A stretch of 64,000 nucleotides of DNA from Escherichia coli (lineage in GTDB: Bacteria > Pseudomonadota > Gammaproteobacteria > Enterobacterales > Enterobacteriaceae), in assembly GCF_003334815.1 (NCBI RefSeq), contig NZ_QOWO01000006.1; one strand, given 5' to 3'. The notes beneath the pieces were generated by a model. It searched no databases. It was not told where the DNA came from and saw only the letters and a program-made list of their open reading frames with translations. The translations under genes were made by a program, and so were the position numbers. Position 1 is the first letter of the stretch. Each line of letters starts with the position of its first letter. Positions 48,155 through 60,249 of this stretch are shown here, piece after piece.

Positions 48155-50170
48155 TTACAACACCTCGCGAACCGAGATCCCCAGCCGCTGCATTCGTGAC
48201 AGCAGCGTGGTGCGCTTCATCCCTAATCGCGTCGCTGCGCCACGGGGCCCGGCAACAATGCCATTGGTTTCTCGCAATACCTGAACAATGCGCTGACGTT
48301 CTTCTTCGTCATTCTCTGGCGTCGTCGGGTGCAGTAACTGCGCCATTGAACTGCGAAGCGCTGAATCTTCATTTAGCGTCGGCAGTAAACGGCTTTGTCG
48401 GACATTTAGATGTAAATTCAGACTGTTACCACGAGTCAACAGTACCGCCCGCTCAATCACGTTTTCCAGCTCGCGCACGTTGCCCGGCCAATCCCACGAC
48501 ATCAACTGGCGTAGTGCCTCGGTCGGGATGGCGTCAATTGCGCGATTCATATGGCGCGCCATTTTTTGCGTGAAATGTTTTGCTAAAAGAGGGATATCTT
48601 CCGGACGGTCGCGTAGCGGCGGCAATTCCAGTGGGAAGACATTCAGGCGATAAAAGAGATCGCTGCGAAACTGGCGATCTTCAACCATTTGCCACAAATC
48701 ACGGTTGGTGGCGGCAATGACTCTGACATTCACCGGGATCGTTCTACTCCCGCCGAGACGCTCAATCTCCCGCTCCTGCAATACGCGCAGCAGTTTAGGC
48801 TGAAGTTCTAACGGCAGATCGCCAATTTCATCGAGAAACAACGTGCCGCCATCGGCAATTTCAAAACGACCACGATGGGTATTAATCGCACCAGTAAACG
48901 CCCCTTTGTCATGACCGAATAACTCACTTTCCAGAAGACTGGCGGGGATGGCAGCGCAGTTGATTTTGACCAGCGGCTTGTCGCGTCGCGGGCTAAGTTG
49001 ATGGATCGCTCTGGCGATCACCTCTTTGCCAGTTCCGGTTTCACCACAAATCAACACCGTACTGTCGCTCTTCGCCACAATATCTACCTGCTGGAGCAGG
49101 TCTTCCATTGCCTGGCTTTGATAGATAATGTCACCGATGCCCAGATTCGAAAGGAGCTGCTCGCTAAGCTGGTGGTTTTCTTGCTGCAAACTTTCCTGCA
49201 AATCGGTCATGCTACGCCAGGCATCGGCATTGCCAACGGCAATAGCGATGCGATCGGCTATGTGTTGTAGTAGCTGGCAGTTTTCCTCACTAAAGAGAGT
49301 GGAAGAGGTATGCGCCAGCAACAATGCACCCGGTGTATGGTTGCCAAAGGTAAGCGGTATAAGGAGCGCAGATTCGCAGCCGTTAGATGCAAGTAAGAGT
49401 AATAACGGGTCGCGTTGCCAGAGAAACAGATCATCTGCACGGTGCGTCAAGGTCGGTTGTCGGGTTTGTAGCGTTTGTGTCAGCAATACACTTTCGCCAG
49501 GCATACAGCGTGGCAGACACGCACAATGTGAGGCAGAAAGATCGCTGCACCACAGGCTGAACTTCTCGTTCTTTCGATGATCGCCCAGTACCATACTGAC
49601 TGAAGCCAGACCGAAAAAATGATGGATCTCACGAGCGACGTCAGCGATCAGATCGTCGAGATCAAGATGTGACAGCACTGCATTAGTAATATCAACCAGT
49701 ACCCGATGATGATCGCGATCTTTCTCCAGCAAACGCAGCGCCACCTGCTGTTCTTCATCATTGAGCCATGATTGCAGAACCGGGGTGATTATCCGCGCCA
49801 GCCAGTTAAACAGTGTGCAATCCTGGGAAGTAAAACGACTGCCGTGGGTGCGAATAAAGCGTAGCTCCGCCATTCCACTACTGCCGAGAAGGACGGCGTG
49901 ACGCGAATAATCGACCATCTCGCCCTGATACTCTGTTGTTGCCGTCACATCGCTGCCATCATCATGGTAGCGGTAATAGAAGTTGCTTTTGAGAACATGC
50001 AGTTCAATAAGTTGTACCGGGCTGAACGGCGGCGGCAGCGGGATGAAGGCGCGTAATAAAGACGCCTTGCCGTGTTTCTGTGCTAACCGCTCCGCGAGCA
50101 TTCCGTTTACCGCTTCAATTGTTATTCCTTGTGGCGGGGCAAACATCGCCTCGTCTGACATAGCCATCAA
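48155..50170 (-). CDS. hyfR: HyfR sigma54-dependent transcriptional activator (formate-responsive, FhlA-like), about 670 aa
   Basis: Track ORF (true start may be the second ATG at 50167); AAA+ sigma54-interaction motifs GETGTGKE and GAFTGA; C-terminal HTH. Confidence 0.9.
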   Translation of the reverse strand: MMAMSDEAMFAPPQGITIEAVNGMLAERLAQKHGKASLLRAFIPLPPPFSPVQLIELHVLKSNFYYRYHDDGSDVTATTEYQGEMVDYSRHAVLLGSSGMAELRFIRTHGSRFTSQDCTLFNWLARIITPVLQSWLNDEEQQVALRLLEKDRDHHRVLVDITNAVLSHLDLDDLIADVAREIHHFFGLASVSMVLGDHRKNEKFSLWCSDLSASHCACLPRCMPGESVLLTQTLQTRQPTLTHRADDLFLWQRDPLLLLLASNGCESALLIPLTFGNHTPGALLLAHTSSTLFSEENCQLLQHIADRIAIAVGNADAWRSMTDLQESLQQENHQLSEQLLSNLGIGDIIYQSQAMEDLLQQVDIVAKSDSTVLICGETGTGKEVIARAIHQLSPRRDKPLVKINCAAIPASLLESELFGHDKGAFTGAINTHRGRFEIADGGTLFLDEIGDLPLELQPKLLRVLQEREIERLGGSRTIPVNVRVIAATNRDLWQMVEDRQFRSDLFYRLNVFPLELPPLRDRPEDIPLLAKHFTQKMARHMNRAIDAIPTEALRQLMSWDWPGNVRELENVIERAVLLTRGNSLNLHLNVRQSRLLPTLNEDSALRSSMAQLLHPTTPENDEEERQRIVQVLRETNGIVAGPRGAATRLGMKRTTLLSRMQRLGISVREVL

Positions 50171-50196
50171 CAGTCCTTATTAATGAGAAATCCTTC

Positions 50197-50610
50197 TCAC
50201 GCAATTTTTCTGGCCATCAGATAGATGGCCGGTTCCTGCACAATTTCATCCAACAGATGAATGAATTGAATGCTACGCGCCTGCCACACAGACGTCGCGT
50301 CATCCGCCAGTGGCGCGAATGCCCGGGTCAACAGGGCGGTGTGGCTGGCGTCAATAACAATCTCACCAAAAGTCATCACCCCCAGCATCTTACGTCGGGC
50401 TTGCTCCTCTTCGACCAGTGCAAGCCAATCTTCGTATTCCGTCAGTGGGCAGCGGAAGGCGACATTCAGACAATCAATCACGCCAACGTGATGGCCGATA
50501 GCTAGCGAGTAATACATTACCTGAGAGCTGTGTTCCGGCATCTCGTCGCTACTGGCGACAAACTTTTTTCGCAGCGTCCAGAAAACAATTTCCCCGCACA
50601 CTTCAGTCAT
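50197..50610 (-). CDS. hyfJ: HyfJ hydrogenase-4 maturation/assembly component (HycH-like), 137 aa
   Basis: Track ORF 50197..50673; start at ATG 50610 ([11 protein letters not shown]) with GGGGG SD; overlaps hyfI stop by 8 nt. Confidence 0.8.
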
Positions 50611-51361
50611 GTAACCCCCGGAGTACGCGAAAGAGTTGCTGAACGATACTATTGAGACGTGGATCGTCGGCATCGCGCAACCAGGTGTTAACCCGATTTC
50701 CTGTAGGATCGTCGCTTAAATGGCGCAGGAGCCGATCGCAAATTTCTCGCCCCTGACGATAGCCCGCCAGCCGCCGCGCTTCTCGCTCAATGGCGATACG
50801 CTGTGATGGCGGGATCTGCGGCCACAACGGTTGCATAGTCACCCCGGTGGGATCGCGATAATCCACAGCGTGAATCTTCTGTTGCAGCAAACCGAGCGCC
50901 ACGGCGAAACCGTGAATGGTGGCGGCCGGTGTTGGCGGGCAGCCGGGGATCCAAACATCAATGGGGACAATGGTGTCGCTACCGCCCCAGACGCTGTAGA
51001 GATCGTGGAAAATACCGCCGCCGACACCGCACGCGCCGTAGGAAACACAAATTTTATGATCGGGGGCAGACTCATACGCCCGAAGTGCAGGCATACGCAT
51101 CGCCCGGGTGACTGCGCCAGTAAATAACAAAATATCGGCGTGACGCGGTGATGAAACAACCTTAATGCCAAAACGTTCTGCGTCGAATACTGGTGTAATG
51201 GCAGCAAAAATTTCGATTTCACAGGCGTTGCAGCCGCCGCAATCGACGCGATAAACGTAAGCCGAGCGACGGATATCCTGTAGCAAATGCCGCTTCATCT
51301 TTTGCGTTTGCTCGTCCAGCGTGATGGGCTGGCTGACATGTTGTGTAAGCACTGGACTCAT
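50603..51361 (-). CDS. hyfI: HyfI hydrogenase-4 small subunit (NuoB-like), 252 aa
   Basis: Track ORF; conserved cysteines for proximal [4Fe-4S]. Confidence 0.9.
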
Positions 51362-51903
51362 AGCTGCTCCTTAGCCACCAGCAGTACATCTGTATCGTCG
51401 TTGATCAGCGTCGCGCGTTGTTTGCATTCCGGGCAGACGCTCGCTTGCGCCCACAACATTTCGCGGTTTTGTGGCGCATTTTGTTGCTGTGCTAACAATT
51501 CAGCAGCCAGTGCGATGGTTTTTTGCGGGGCAAACGGGCGTTCGCAACGGCTGCAACGTTGTAGATGGAACGTCGCGCGGGTATAGAGATCGGCTTTATT
51601 GGTGACGGTCAGTTCAAAGTTATTGGTAAGCTGGATGGCTCTGGTCGGGCACACTTCTTCACAACGTCCGCAGTAAATACAACGCCCCAGATAGAGCTGC
51701 CAGGTGCGCGAATTTTGCTGGTCGTCGGTCTGGATAGTCAGCGCATTTGCCGGACAAGCACAGGCGCAGGCACCGCAGGCAATACATTGGCTGGGCATCA
51801 GGTCCGGTTTTCCGCGAAAGCCAGGGCTGACCTCCAGTGGCGCGAAGGGATATTTCACCGTCGCGGTTCCGGCGCGCATAATAGTTTTCAGTAACTTCAG
51901 CAT
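51358..51903 (-). CDS. hyfH: HyfH 2x[4Fe-4S] ferredoxin-like subunit, 181 aa
   Basis: Track ORF; [12 protein letters not shown] and [12 protein letters not shown] motifs. Confidence 0.9.
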
Positions 51904-51912
51904 CTTCTGTCC

Positions 51913-53580
51913 TTACTTCAGCGGCGAACGGTTACGATCAATGCCGTAGCGTTCGATCTCTTTATACGGCACGGTTTTTGACTGGCGCTTGCGCACATCT
52001 ACCAGCGTCACACGGTCGGCACAGGAGTAGCAGGGATCAAGGCTACCGATAATCAGCGGTGCGTCAGAAACGGTATTGCCGCGCAGCATGTAACGCAACA
52101 CCGGCCAGTTGGCGTAGGTGGCGGCACGGCAGCGCCAGCGGAACAATTTTTGGTTATCACCGAGCATGCTCCAGTGCACGTCTTCACCGCGTGGCGCTTC
52201 AACAAAGCCCAGCGCGAATGCGTGAGGTTTATAGCTAAAGCCTTCGGTCAGCAGTGGGGTATCCGGCATGTTGTCGAGGGCAAATTCCAGCATTGCCAGC
52301 GAATCAAACGTCTCTTTGACACGGACCATCACGCGGGAGAAAACATCGCCGCCGGTAAAGGTAAACAGTGTTTTTGGAATATTGCCGTAGTCGGCGTAGG
52401 GGTGATCAAAGCGCAAATCACGGGCGATTTGTCGGTCGAGAATGCCAATGCCCTGAGTGCGTTGTTCCATATTCGGCGTAGCAAGCAGCATCTCTACCAG
52501 CTCCGACACGTCGGCGCGCATCTCGCGCACCAGTTTCAGCGTTTGCAGACGTTGCTCTTTGAGAATATCGCGGCGAACACCACCAATCAGATTCAGACCG
52601 TAGGTTTTACGCGACCCGATCAGCAATTCCGCCATCGTCATCGACTTTTCCCGCACGCGGAAAAATTGCATAAAGCCGGTATCAAAACCAACGAAATGGC
52701 AGGAGAGGCCAAGGTTAAGCAAATGACTGTGTAGCCGTTCGACTTCCAGCAGAATCGAGCGAATAGTATGTGCTCGTTGCGGCACCTCAATCCCCAGTGC
52801 ATTTTCAACCGAATTGGTATAGGCCACACTGTGGGCAAAACCGCAAATCCCACACACGCGGTCCGATAAGAAGGTCACTTCGTTGTAGCCCATCCGCGTT
52901 TCTGCCAGTTTCTCCATGCCGCGATGGACATAAAACAGGCGGTAATCAGCATCGACAATTTGCTCGCCATCCACAAACAAGCGGAAGTGACCCGGTTCAT
53001 CGGAGGTGATATGCAGCGGGCCGACAGGGATCACCCGCGCATCGCTGTTGCCCTCATTGATAAACGGATACGTTTCGGAATCAGTCGTCGGTTCAGGGCG
53101 CAGTCGATAATCCATCGCATCTTTGCGCAGCGGATGCATATCTTCCGGCCAGTCATCGGGCAACACCAGGCGACGCTGATCCGGCAGGCCAACCGGAATC
53201 AGCCCGTACATATCGCGAATTTCTCGCTCGCCCCAGACCGCGGCAGGGACGCGCGGTGTGACTGACGGAAACTCCCGACTGTCGGCATCGACCAGCGCCT
53301 TCACCACAATCCAGCATTTTTCGGCCCCTTCCATTGAAAGGGCATAATAAACCGCGTAATGACCGTTAAGTGTCCGCTCGTCGTTGCCAAACAGGACCGG
53401 AAGCCAGCCATCATGTTGATAATAAAGATACTGTACAACGTCAGGCAGCAGATTGATTTTCACCGTAATGGTGACCTGTTCAGGCGTTTGTCGCTCTTCA
53501 TCCAGCACCGCGCCGGGGAACTGCGTTTTCAGGGCGGCGAGAATCGCTTCGCCACGATTTGACGATGAATTAACGTTCAC
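51913..53580 (-). CDS. hyfG: HyfG [NiFe] hydrogenase-4 large subunit, 555 aa
   Basis: Track ORF 51913..53625; GTG start 53580 ([12 protein letters not shown]); Ni-binding motifs [11 protein letters not shown] and DPCYSCADR. Confidence 0.9.
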
Positions 53581-55150
53581 TGTGTTTCTCCGAAACAGAT
53601 GCGGTGCCTGAAGGCAAAAAATCATGCCAGGTGCTACGTTGTGCAGGCAGATCGTGCGTCCCTGAGAGGACTATAGTGGAAGCGCCCGCCAGGATCCTGA
53701 TGACAGGTTGTGGAATATGCGTTCCCATCGCCAGCATCATGACCAGCAGAATCACCATTGGCGAGGTGGTCAACCAGCCGAGATCACCCCGGTTAACGGC
53801 CTGCGGCGGTTTCGCCATTAACACCCGCGCAGCCATCCGTACCAGGCCCGCCAGCACCAGCGTTAACAGCAATAACAGCAGGACGATAATCAGCAGGTGA
53901 TTACGTGCCAGTCCGGCGGTAATGGTCATAAATTCGCTAAGAAAAATGTTGAAGGGCGGCATCCCTGCCAGCGCCAGCGCACCGCCGCCAAACAGCACGG
54001 CGGTAAATGGCATGATTTTGAGCATCCCACAGACGACGTTGAGATCGCGCGTGCCGTACTTGAGCAGTACATTGCCGGAACCGCAGAACAGCAGCGTTTT
54101 TGCCAGACTGTGGTTTAAGATGTGCAGCAGCGCGGCAAAAATTCCCAGCGGCCCGCCAATGCCTAGCTCCACCGCGACCAGCCCCATGTTCTCCACGCTG
54201 GAGTACGCCAGCAGACGCTTAATGTCCCGCTGTACCAGAATGAAAAATGCCGCCACGGCAACCGACAACATGCCGAAGATGAGCAACAACCGGTTGGGGA
54301 AATCGCTGCCGATGGCTTGGCAAATAATGATGTAATAGCGAATCAGCACCAACAGCGCGCAGTTCAGCAATACGGCGGAGAGCAGGGCGCTGACCGGACT
54401 CGGCGCTTCACTGTGAGCATCCGGCAGCCAGGCGTGCATGGGAAATAGCCCGGTTTTGGTACCAAAGCCAATTAGCAAAAACACAAAGGCCAACAGCATT
54501 AATGTTGGGTCAAGCAAGGACGATTGCTTAAGAACCTCGCTCCAGAATATCGCCATTTCTGCCTGCGGCATAACGCTGGCGGCGTTGGCGTATACCAGCA
54601 CGGTACCGAACAGACCAAAAGCGACACCAACAGTACAAATAATGATGTACTTCCATGCAGCTTCCAGCGATGAACGCTGACCGTAAATGCCTACCAGAAA
54701 CGCCGAGCTTAAGGTGGTGGCTTCGATCGCCGCCCACATCACAATCAGGTTATTGCTGGTAACAACCAGCAGCATGGTGAACAAAAACAGATGGAAGAAA
54801 CCGTAGTAATCGCACAGCGTAACGGGTGAAAGCTCGCCGTGTGCCACTTCATGACGCATGTAGCCAATCGAGTAAATACCGGTGAGAAAGCCAATCACAC
54901 CAAGAATGGCGAGGAACAAACCGCCCAGACCATCAATATGAAGCCACAGTCCCGCAGCGAATATTTCTCCTGCATCAGCGGCAGTTTGGACCACCCAGAG
55001 TGCCAGAATCAGCAGCAGTGTGATCCCTAAGCTATGTAATACGGTCACCGTGCGAGTCGCAGAAAGTCTCCGTTTCCGGCAGGCAAAACAGAGCAGCGAA
55101 AAAAGCAGCGGCGTGAGCAGGAGTAAAGCGAACATCACAGAATAACTCAT
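53570..55150 (-). CDS. hyfF: HyfF membrane subunit (NuoN/antiporter-like), 526 aa
   Basis: Track ORF; multi-TM. Confidence 0.9.
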
Positions 55151-55154
55151 CTCA

Positions 55155-55805
55155 TTATCCCTTCAGCGCGGTCAAGTTGTTCACGTCCAGCGTGCCGTGG
55201 GTACGCCATATTTTTCTTGCCAGTAACACCATCACAATGACGGCGAAGATGGCGTCGGTAGCGATACCTATTTCCACCAGTTCCGGTGCTCGCCAGGCAA
55301 GAAGCGCCAGCACCAGATGGGAGCCGTTTTCCATCAGGCAGTAACCAAAAATTTGCCGCAGGATATTGCGCTGGCTGACAATGCACAGCAGGCCAAGCAG
55401 AAAATGACCTAACGCTACCGCCAGCGCCGGTTTCAGCCCGGTAGCCATCGGTAGCTTCACGGGCTGAACGACAAATGCGCAAAGCAGGACAATTAACGCC
55501 GCGAGCAGTGCCATCATTGCCGGACCGAATAACGCTTTTTCCGGGATGTTCTGGGGAATATTTCGTGCAGCGTAAGTCATGATTAACGGTACCAGCAGCA
55601 CTTTGGTGATAAAGGCGCTGGCGGACCAGATCAGCAGTTGCTCTGCGGCGAACAGGCACGAGAGAGTGGCGAAAATAGACACCAGCACCAGTGACTGGCA
55701 GGCGTAAAATCCGCATGACAGGCGATAGCTTTTGACGCTAATCACAAACAGCGATGTCAGCATCATCAGTCCCGCCAGATTATTTACGATCATAGAACCG
55801 GTCAT
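55155..55805 (-). CDS. hyfE: HyfE small membrane subunit, 216 aa
   Basis: Track ORF; multi-TM. Confidence 0.85.
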
Positions 55806-55816
55806 TCATCATCTCC

Positions 55817-57256
55817 TTACTGCAACCAGGTCGCGGCGATTACGCTGGAAATCAGCGACATCACAATCAGTACAATCAACACCAGGCGCATTGATCCTGG
55901 CAGCGGTGCGGCATCGGCGACGGCCTCGCTCGGTTTGCCAGGCACAACGCGACCAAACCAGCGAATAAACCAGGCGAAACTGGCGACCGATTCAATCATC
56001 AGAAGAATCATGGCGGGCAGCAGGATCCAGTACTCCACTGACAACGCAAAACCGGCAGCAAACAGCGGGAATTTACTGAAGAAGCCGTTGAACGGCGGCA
56101 CGCCGGTAATCGCCAGCGCTGCCACGCAGAAACCCACGCCTGGCAACGGCAGGGTGTGCAATACGCCACGCAGACGCGGCAACAAGCGCGTGCCGCAGCT
56201 GTAACTCAGCGCACCTGCTACAAGGAAAAACAGGCTTTTAGCGAACGCGTGGTTGACGATGTAGGCGATGCTGCCCTCCAGCGCCAGCCGCGAGCCGAAG
56301 ATGGAGAGCGACAAGCCGAAGAACATCCAGCCAAGTTGAGTGATGGTCGACCAGGCTAGCAACCGCTTCATATCCTGCTGTGGCAAATACATCAGAAAGC
56401 CATAAAGAATGGTGACCAGTGCCATGACCATGCCAACGCCGCCAATCACATGCGGGATATTGCCGCCGTCGATAATAGCGCGGGCAAAAATGTAAACGCC
56501 CACTTTCACCATCGATGCGGCGTGGAGATAGGCGCTGATCGGTGTTGGCGCTTCCATTGCGTCCGGTAGCCACGCTTGCATCGGTAGCTGGGCCGATTTC
56601 CCCCACGCGGCAAACAGGATGCCGCCATAAACCAGATAACGTGCGTCGCCGTGTAACTCGCTCATCGCGCTAAGCGCAAACGTTCCGGTCTGCAAAAACA
56701 GCGTGGCGGCGGCAAGATACAACCCCAACGAGCCGATATGAGTGATAAGTAACGCTTTTAGTGCTGAACGCTGCGCTTTATCGCTCTGGTAATAACTGAT
56801 CAACGCCCAGGAGCAGCCGCCTGTAATTTCAAAAAACAACAACTGACCGAGCAGCGTCGAGGAGAGTACCAGTCCCGCCATCGCGCCGATAAACACCAGT
56901 AAAAATGCGTAATAACGATTCGTGCCGTTATGCGGGTGTTCGCGATTTTTATCCGTCAGATAACCCGTGGAGTAGATCGTGACCAGCAAACCGAGAAACA
57001 CCACCACAAACAGAATCAGCGTACTCACGCGATCAATGACCAGGCCAAACAACGCCACATCCCCCACGTTGACCAACGTCAACGTGACGGCAACTTTATC
57101 GGCCTGATAAAACGCGGAGATCAGTGACAACATGCACAGCGTGGTCAGCGCGGCGAACAAAACCCCCCATTCGGCGGCCCGACGTTGTGGCGAAAACGAA
57201 ACGACCAGTGCGCCGATAAAAGGCAGCAATAACGTCGTCAGAGCAAGATTTTCCAT
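55817..57256 (-). CDS. hyfD: HyfD membrane subunit (NuoM/antiporter-like), 479 aa
   Basis: Track ORF; multi-TM. Confidence 0.9.
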   Translation of the reverse strand: MENLALTTLLLPFIGALVVSFSPQRRAAEWGVLFAALTTLCMLSLISAFYQADKVAVTLTLVNVGDVALFGLVIDRVSTLILFVVVFLGLLVTIYSTGYLTDKNREHPHNGTNRYYAFLLVFIGAMAGLVLSSTLLGQLLFFEITGGCSWALISYYQSDKAQRSALKALLITHIGSLGLYLAAATLFLQTGTFALSAMSELHGDARYLVYGGILFAAWGKSAQLPMQAWLPDAMEAPTPISAYLHAASMVKVGVYIFARAIIDGGNIPHVIGGVGMVMALVTILYGFLMYLPQQDMKRLLAWSTITQLGWMFFGLSLSIFGSRLALEGSIAYIVNHAFAKSLFFLVAGALSYSCGTRLLPRLRGVLHTLPLPGVGFCVAALAITGVPPFNGFFSKFPLFAAGFALSVEYWILLPAMILLMIESVASFAWFIRWFGRVVPGKPSEAVADAAPLPGSMRLVLIVLIVMSLISSVIAATWLQ

Positions 57257-57272
57257 ATTCCGTCAGTGCTCC

Positions 57273-58220
57273 TTACAGACCGGTTAACCAGAAGACCCAT
57301 GCAAGCGCAGCAAGGCTGAAGCCAAGCCAGGTCACATGGTGAATGAGTAAAAAACGCCCGCGTGCCAGCGTGTTTTCTGCGATTGAGGCCAGTACAAAAA
57401 TCAGCAAAACCTTGAGCAGCGTAACGACAAGTGAAGTCAGCAGGCAGGCGAGAGAAAGTTCTTGCGCGCGCCCAAAGGGCAGAAACAGGGCCACAAACAG
57501 TGATGCCATCACGACCTGTTTCAGCCCCAGCCCCCATTTCGCTAGCGCCAGCCCGGCACCGGAATATTCGGTCAGCGGGCCTTCCTGTAATTCCTGTTCT
57601 GCTTCAGCAACATCAAAGGGAATTTTTCCCATCTCAATGAAGCAGGCAAAACCACAGGCCAGTAACGCCAGTACGGTGGTTAGCGGCGAGTTCCAGCCCA
57701 TCGCCAGCGTATTGCTGATCATCTCGATATGCGTGGAACCTGCTATCAGCGCCAATACCAGCAGTGAGAGAATAAGCATTGGTTCGACCAGAATGCCGAG
57801 CGTCAACTCGCGACTGGCACCGACTCCCGCAAACGGACTTCCGGTATCCAGCCCGGAAAGAGCAAAGAAAAAACGAAACAGGGCAAGAAGATAGATAAGG
57901 GTGATCAGATCGCCGCCGCCCGCAAAAGGGGAAACGGTAATAAACAGTGGTAAGGCCATCGCCAGCACCAGCATGCTGCTGATTAATACCCACGGCATCA
58001 GGCGGAACATCAGACCTGAAGATGTCGGCGCAACTTCCTGGCGTTTAAACAGTTTGTGGATATCGCGATAATCCTGCCAGATCCCCGGCCCGCGGCGGGA
58101 GTGCATACGCGCGCGTATCTGCCGGGAAATACCCGTAAAAAGTGGGGTTAGCATCAGCAGAATCACGGCCTGTGCTAACGCAAAAATGACCAGATATCCG
58201 TCGCAAAGAGTTTGTCTCAT
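57273..58220 (-). CDS. hyfC: HyfC membrane subunit (NuoH-like), 315 aa
   Basis: Track ORF 57273..58241; ATG 58220 with AAGGA SD (MRQTLCDGYLVIF). Confidence 0.9.
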   Translation of the reverse strand: MRQTLCDGYLVIFALAQAVILLMLTPLFTGISRQIRARMHSRRGPGIWQDYRDIHKLFKRQEVAPTSSGLMFRLMPWVLISSMLVLAMALPLFITVSPFAGGGDLITLIYLLALFRFFFALSGLDTGSPFAGVGASRELTLGILVEPMLILSLLVLALIAGSTHIEMISNTLAMGWNSPLTTVLALLACGFACFIEMGKIPFDVAEAEQELQEGPLTEYSGAGLALAKWGLGLKQVVMASLFVALFLPFGRAQELSLACLLTSLVVTLLKVLLIFVLASIAENTLARGRFLLIHHVTWLGFSLAALAWVFWLTGL

Positions 58221-58230
58221 GGTGATTTCC

Positions 58231-60249
58231 TTAGACGGCAATAGCGATTAGCAGCACAACCAGTGCGGCGACCACATACAGGCAATAGAGACGAAAGTCG
58301 CCGCTTTGCAGATGCTGTATTTCTTTGGCCAGCCGTTGGGTGGCGCTCACGATGGGGCGGATCACCCGCTCATCCCAGAAGGGTTCTGTGCTCTGAGCCC
58401 TGGCGGTGACGTGCGCAAGACCTTTATTTAGCCTCAGCGTAGGGTCGAGCTGTTGTCGTAGACGAAATAGCGCAGAAAAGACCACACGCAGCGGCTGCAT
58501 CACGCCATTGCCTGACGGGGCCATCGCATTTTCCCAGCCGTAGCCGCATGCCCAGGCATCTCCTGTGCGACGAAACGCTGCGCGGCGCGAACGACACCAC
58601 AGCCAGTAAAGGCCAGGCAGCAAAGGCATCGCCAGTAGTAACAGCAACAGTAATGAGGGGGTGACCTGTGTATGAAACGTGCCGGGTACAAGTGCTATTC
58701 CGCTGGCGACAGTGGCGGGAGGGGTATTGGTAAACGCATGGGCAATATGCATTATCTTCGGTGCCAGCCAACTGGCACTAAGCGCAATTAATACGCAGAG
58801 TGCCGCGAGCAGTAGCATGGCGACGATCATCGTATTTGGCACTTCCTGTGCCTCTTCAGCGTGTGTACTGCGCGGCGCACCACAGAAAGTAATACCGTAC
58901 ATTTTTACGAAGCACATTACTGCCAGCCCACCAGTGACTGCCAGCATTACCATAGCAATAGGACCCGCAAGTTGTAGCGCTACGGCTTCCACACGACTTA
59001 GTGAGAACAGCGACTGCCAGGTGTACCATTCGCTGATAAAACCATTCAGCGGAGGAATGGCTGATATCGCGAGGCAACCAATCAGGCATGCTGCGGCTGT
59101 CCACGGCATCCGTTTCGCTAGTGCCCCCATTTTTTCCATGTCGTGGGTATGCAAACGCGAAATAATCGCTCCCGCGCCGAGAAATAGCAGCCCTTTGAAC
59201 AGCGCATGGTTGAGCAGATGAAACAGTGCGCCGAGCAGTCCAACCACGGTGAGCAGCGGGTCGTGCAGTGACAGACCGACCATCGCCACACCGACTGCCA
59301 GCAAAATAATGCCGACGTTTTCGACGGTACTCCAGGCCAGCAGCCGTTTGATATCCTGTTCCGCCAGCGCATATAGCACGCCCAGGAGCGCGGAGATTGC
59401 GCCGATCGCCATCACCAGAATGCCCCACCACAGAGGCAAACCCGTTTGCGCCAGCAGATCCATCGCTACTTTCAGGATGCCGAAAATACCTATTTTGACC
59501 ATTACGCCAGACATCAACGCCGAAGCGTGCGATGGTGCGGCAGGGTGAGCGCGCGGCAACCAGCTGTGCAACGGCATCATCCCGGCTTTCGCGCCAAAAC
59601 CGAAAAAGGCCAGCAGGAACACCGCCGACGCCAGCCCCGGAGAAAGTGAAAGCGTGCGGAAACTGGCAAAATCGAGGCTGCCGCTTTCGCGCCCCATCAG
59701 CAAGAAGGCGATCATTATCAGCACCGATCCGGCGTGGGCGATAAAAAAGTAGAGCATGCCAGCGTTGATCGACGTTTTATCCTGCCTGGCAATGACCAGA
59801 AACCAGGAAGACAGCGACATCATTTCAAACAGCACGATGAACCAAAAAGCGTTGTCCATCACCAGCAGGGCAACCATCGATGCGATGAAAATATTCATAA
59901 AGAAGCCCATCGCCGCCGCGCCTTTGCCCTCGTATTCGCGCATATAAGTCAATGAATAGAGAGAACAAACCACCACCAGCAAGGAGATAACCAGCACCAT
60001 AAATGCCGAGAGGCTATCCATTCGCAGGGTTAAATCGGCAAATTCAAAAGGGGTGGCAAAACGGGCGACTAAAGTTACACCAGCATGTAATTGCGTAATT
60101 CCGCTGATGATGCCAATCACGCCGCCCACCAGCGATGTGATGCCGGAAAGCTTAATAGCCAGTCTGTCCAGACCGAGTAAAAACAGCGAAGCCAGACTAG
60201 CAAACAGATAGAGAATCAGCGACCAGGTTAATAATTGCAGGGCATCCAT
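58231..60249 (-). CDS. hyfB: HyfB membrane subunit (NuoL/antiporter-like), 672 aa
   Basis: Track ORF; multi-TM; start overlaps hyfA stop by 1 nt. Confidence 0.9.
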   Translation of the reverse strand: MDALQLLTWSLILYLFASLASLFLLGLDRLAIKLSGITSLVGGVIGIISGITQLHAGVTLVARFATPFEFADLTLRMDSLSAFMVLVISLLVVVCSLYSLTYMREYEGKGAAAMGFFMNIFIASMVALLVMDNAFWFIVLFEMMSLSSWFLVIARQDKTSINAGMLYFFIAHAGSVLIMIAFLLMGRESGSLDFASFRTLSLSPGLASAVFLLAFFGFGAKAGMMPLHSWLPRAHPAAPSHASALMSGVMVKIGIFGILKVAMDLLAQTGLPLWWGILVMAIGAISALLGVLYALAEQDIKRLLAWSTVENVGIILLAVGVAMVGLSLHDPLLTVVGLLGALFHLLNHALFKGLLFLGAGAIISRLHTHDMEKMGALAKRMPWTAAACLIGCLAISAIPPLNGFISEWYTWQSLFSLSRVEAVALQLAGPIAMVMLAVTGGLAVMCFVKMYGITFCGAPRSTHAEEAQEVPNTMIVAMLLLAALCVLIALSASWLAPKIMHIAHAFTNTPPATVASGIALVPGTFHTQVTPSLLLLLLLAMPLLPGLYWLWCRSRRAAFRRTGDAWACGYGWENAMAPSGNGVMQPLRVVFSALFRLRQQLDPTLRLNKGLAHVTARAQSTEPFWDERVIRPIVSATQRLAKEIQHLQSGDFRLYCLYVVAALVVLLIAIAV

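Noticed and set aside
52150-52734. 194-aa plus-strand ORF inside hyfG; 58856..59431 minus-strand 191-aa ORF inside hyfB
   Set aside because: Shadow frames within hyf genes whose correct frames carry NiFe-hydrogenase and membrane-subunit signatures.
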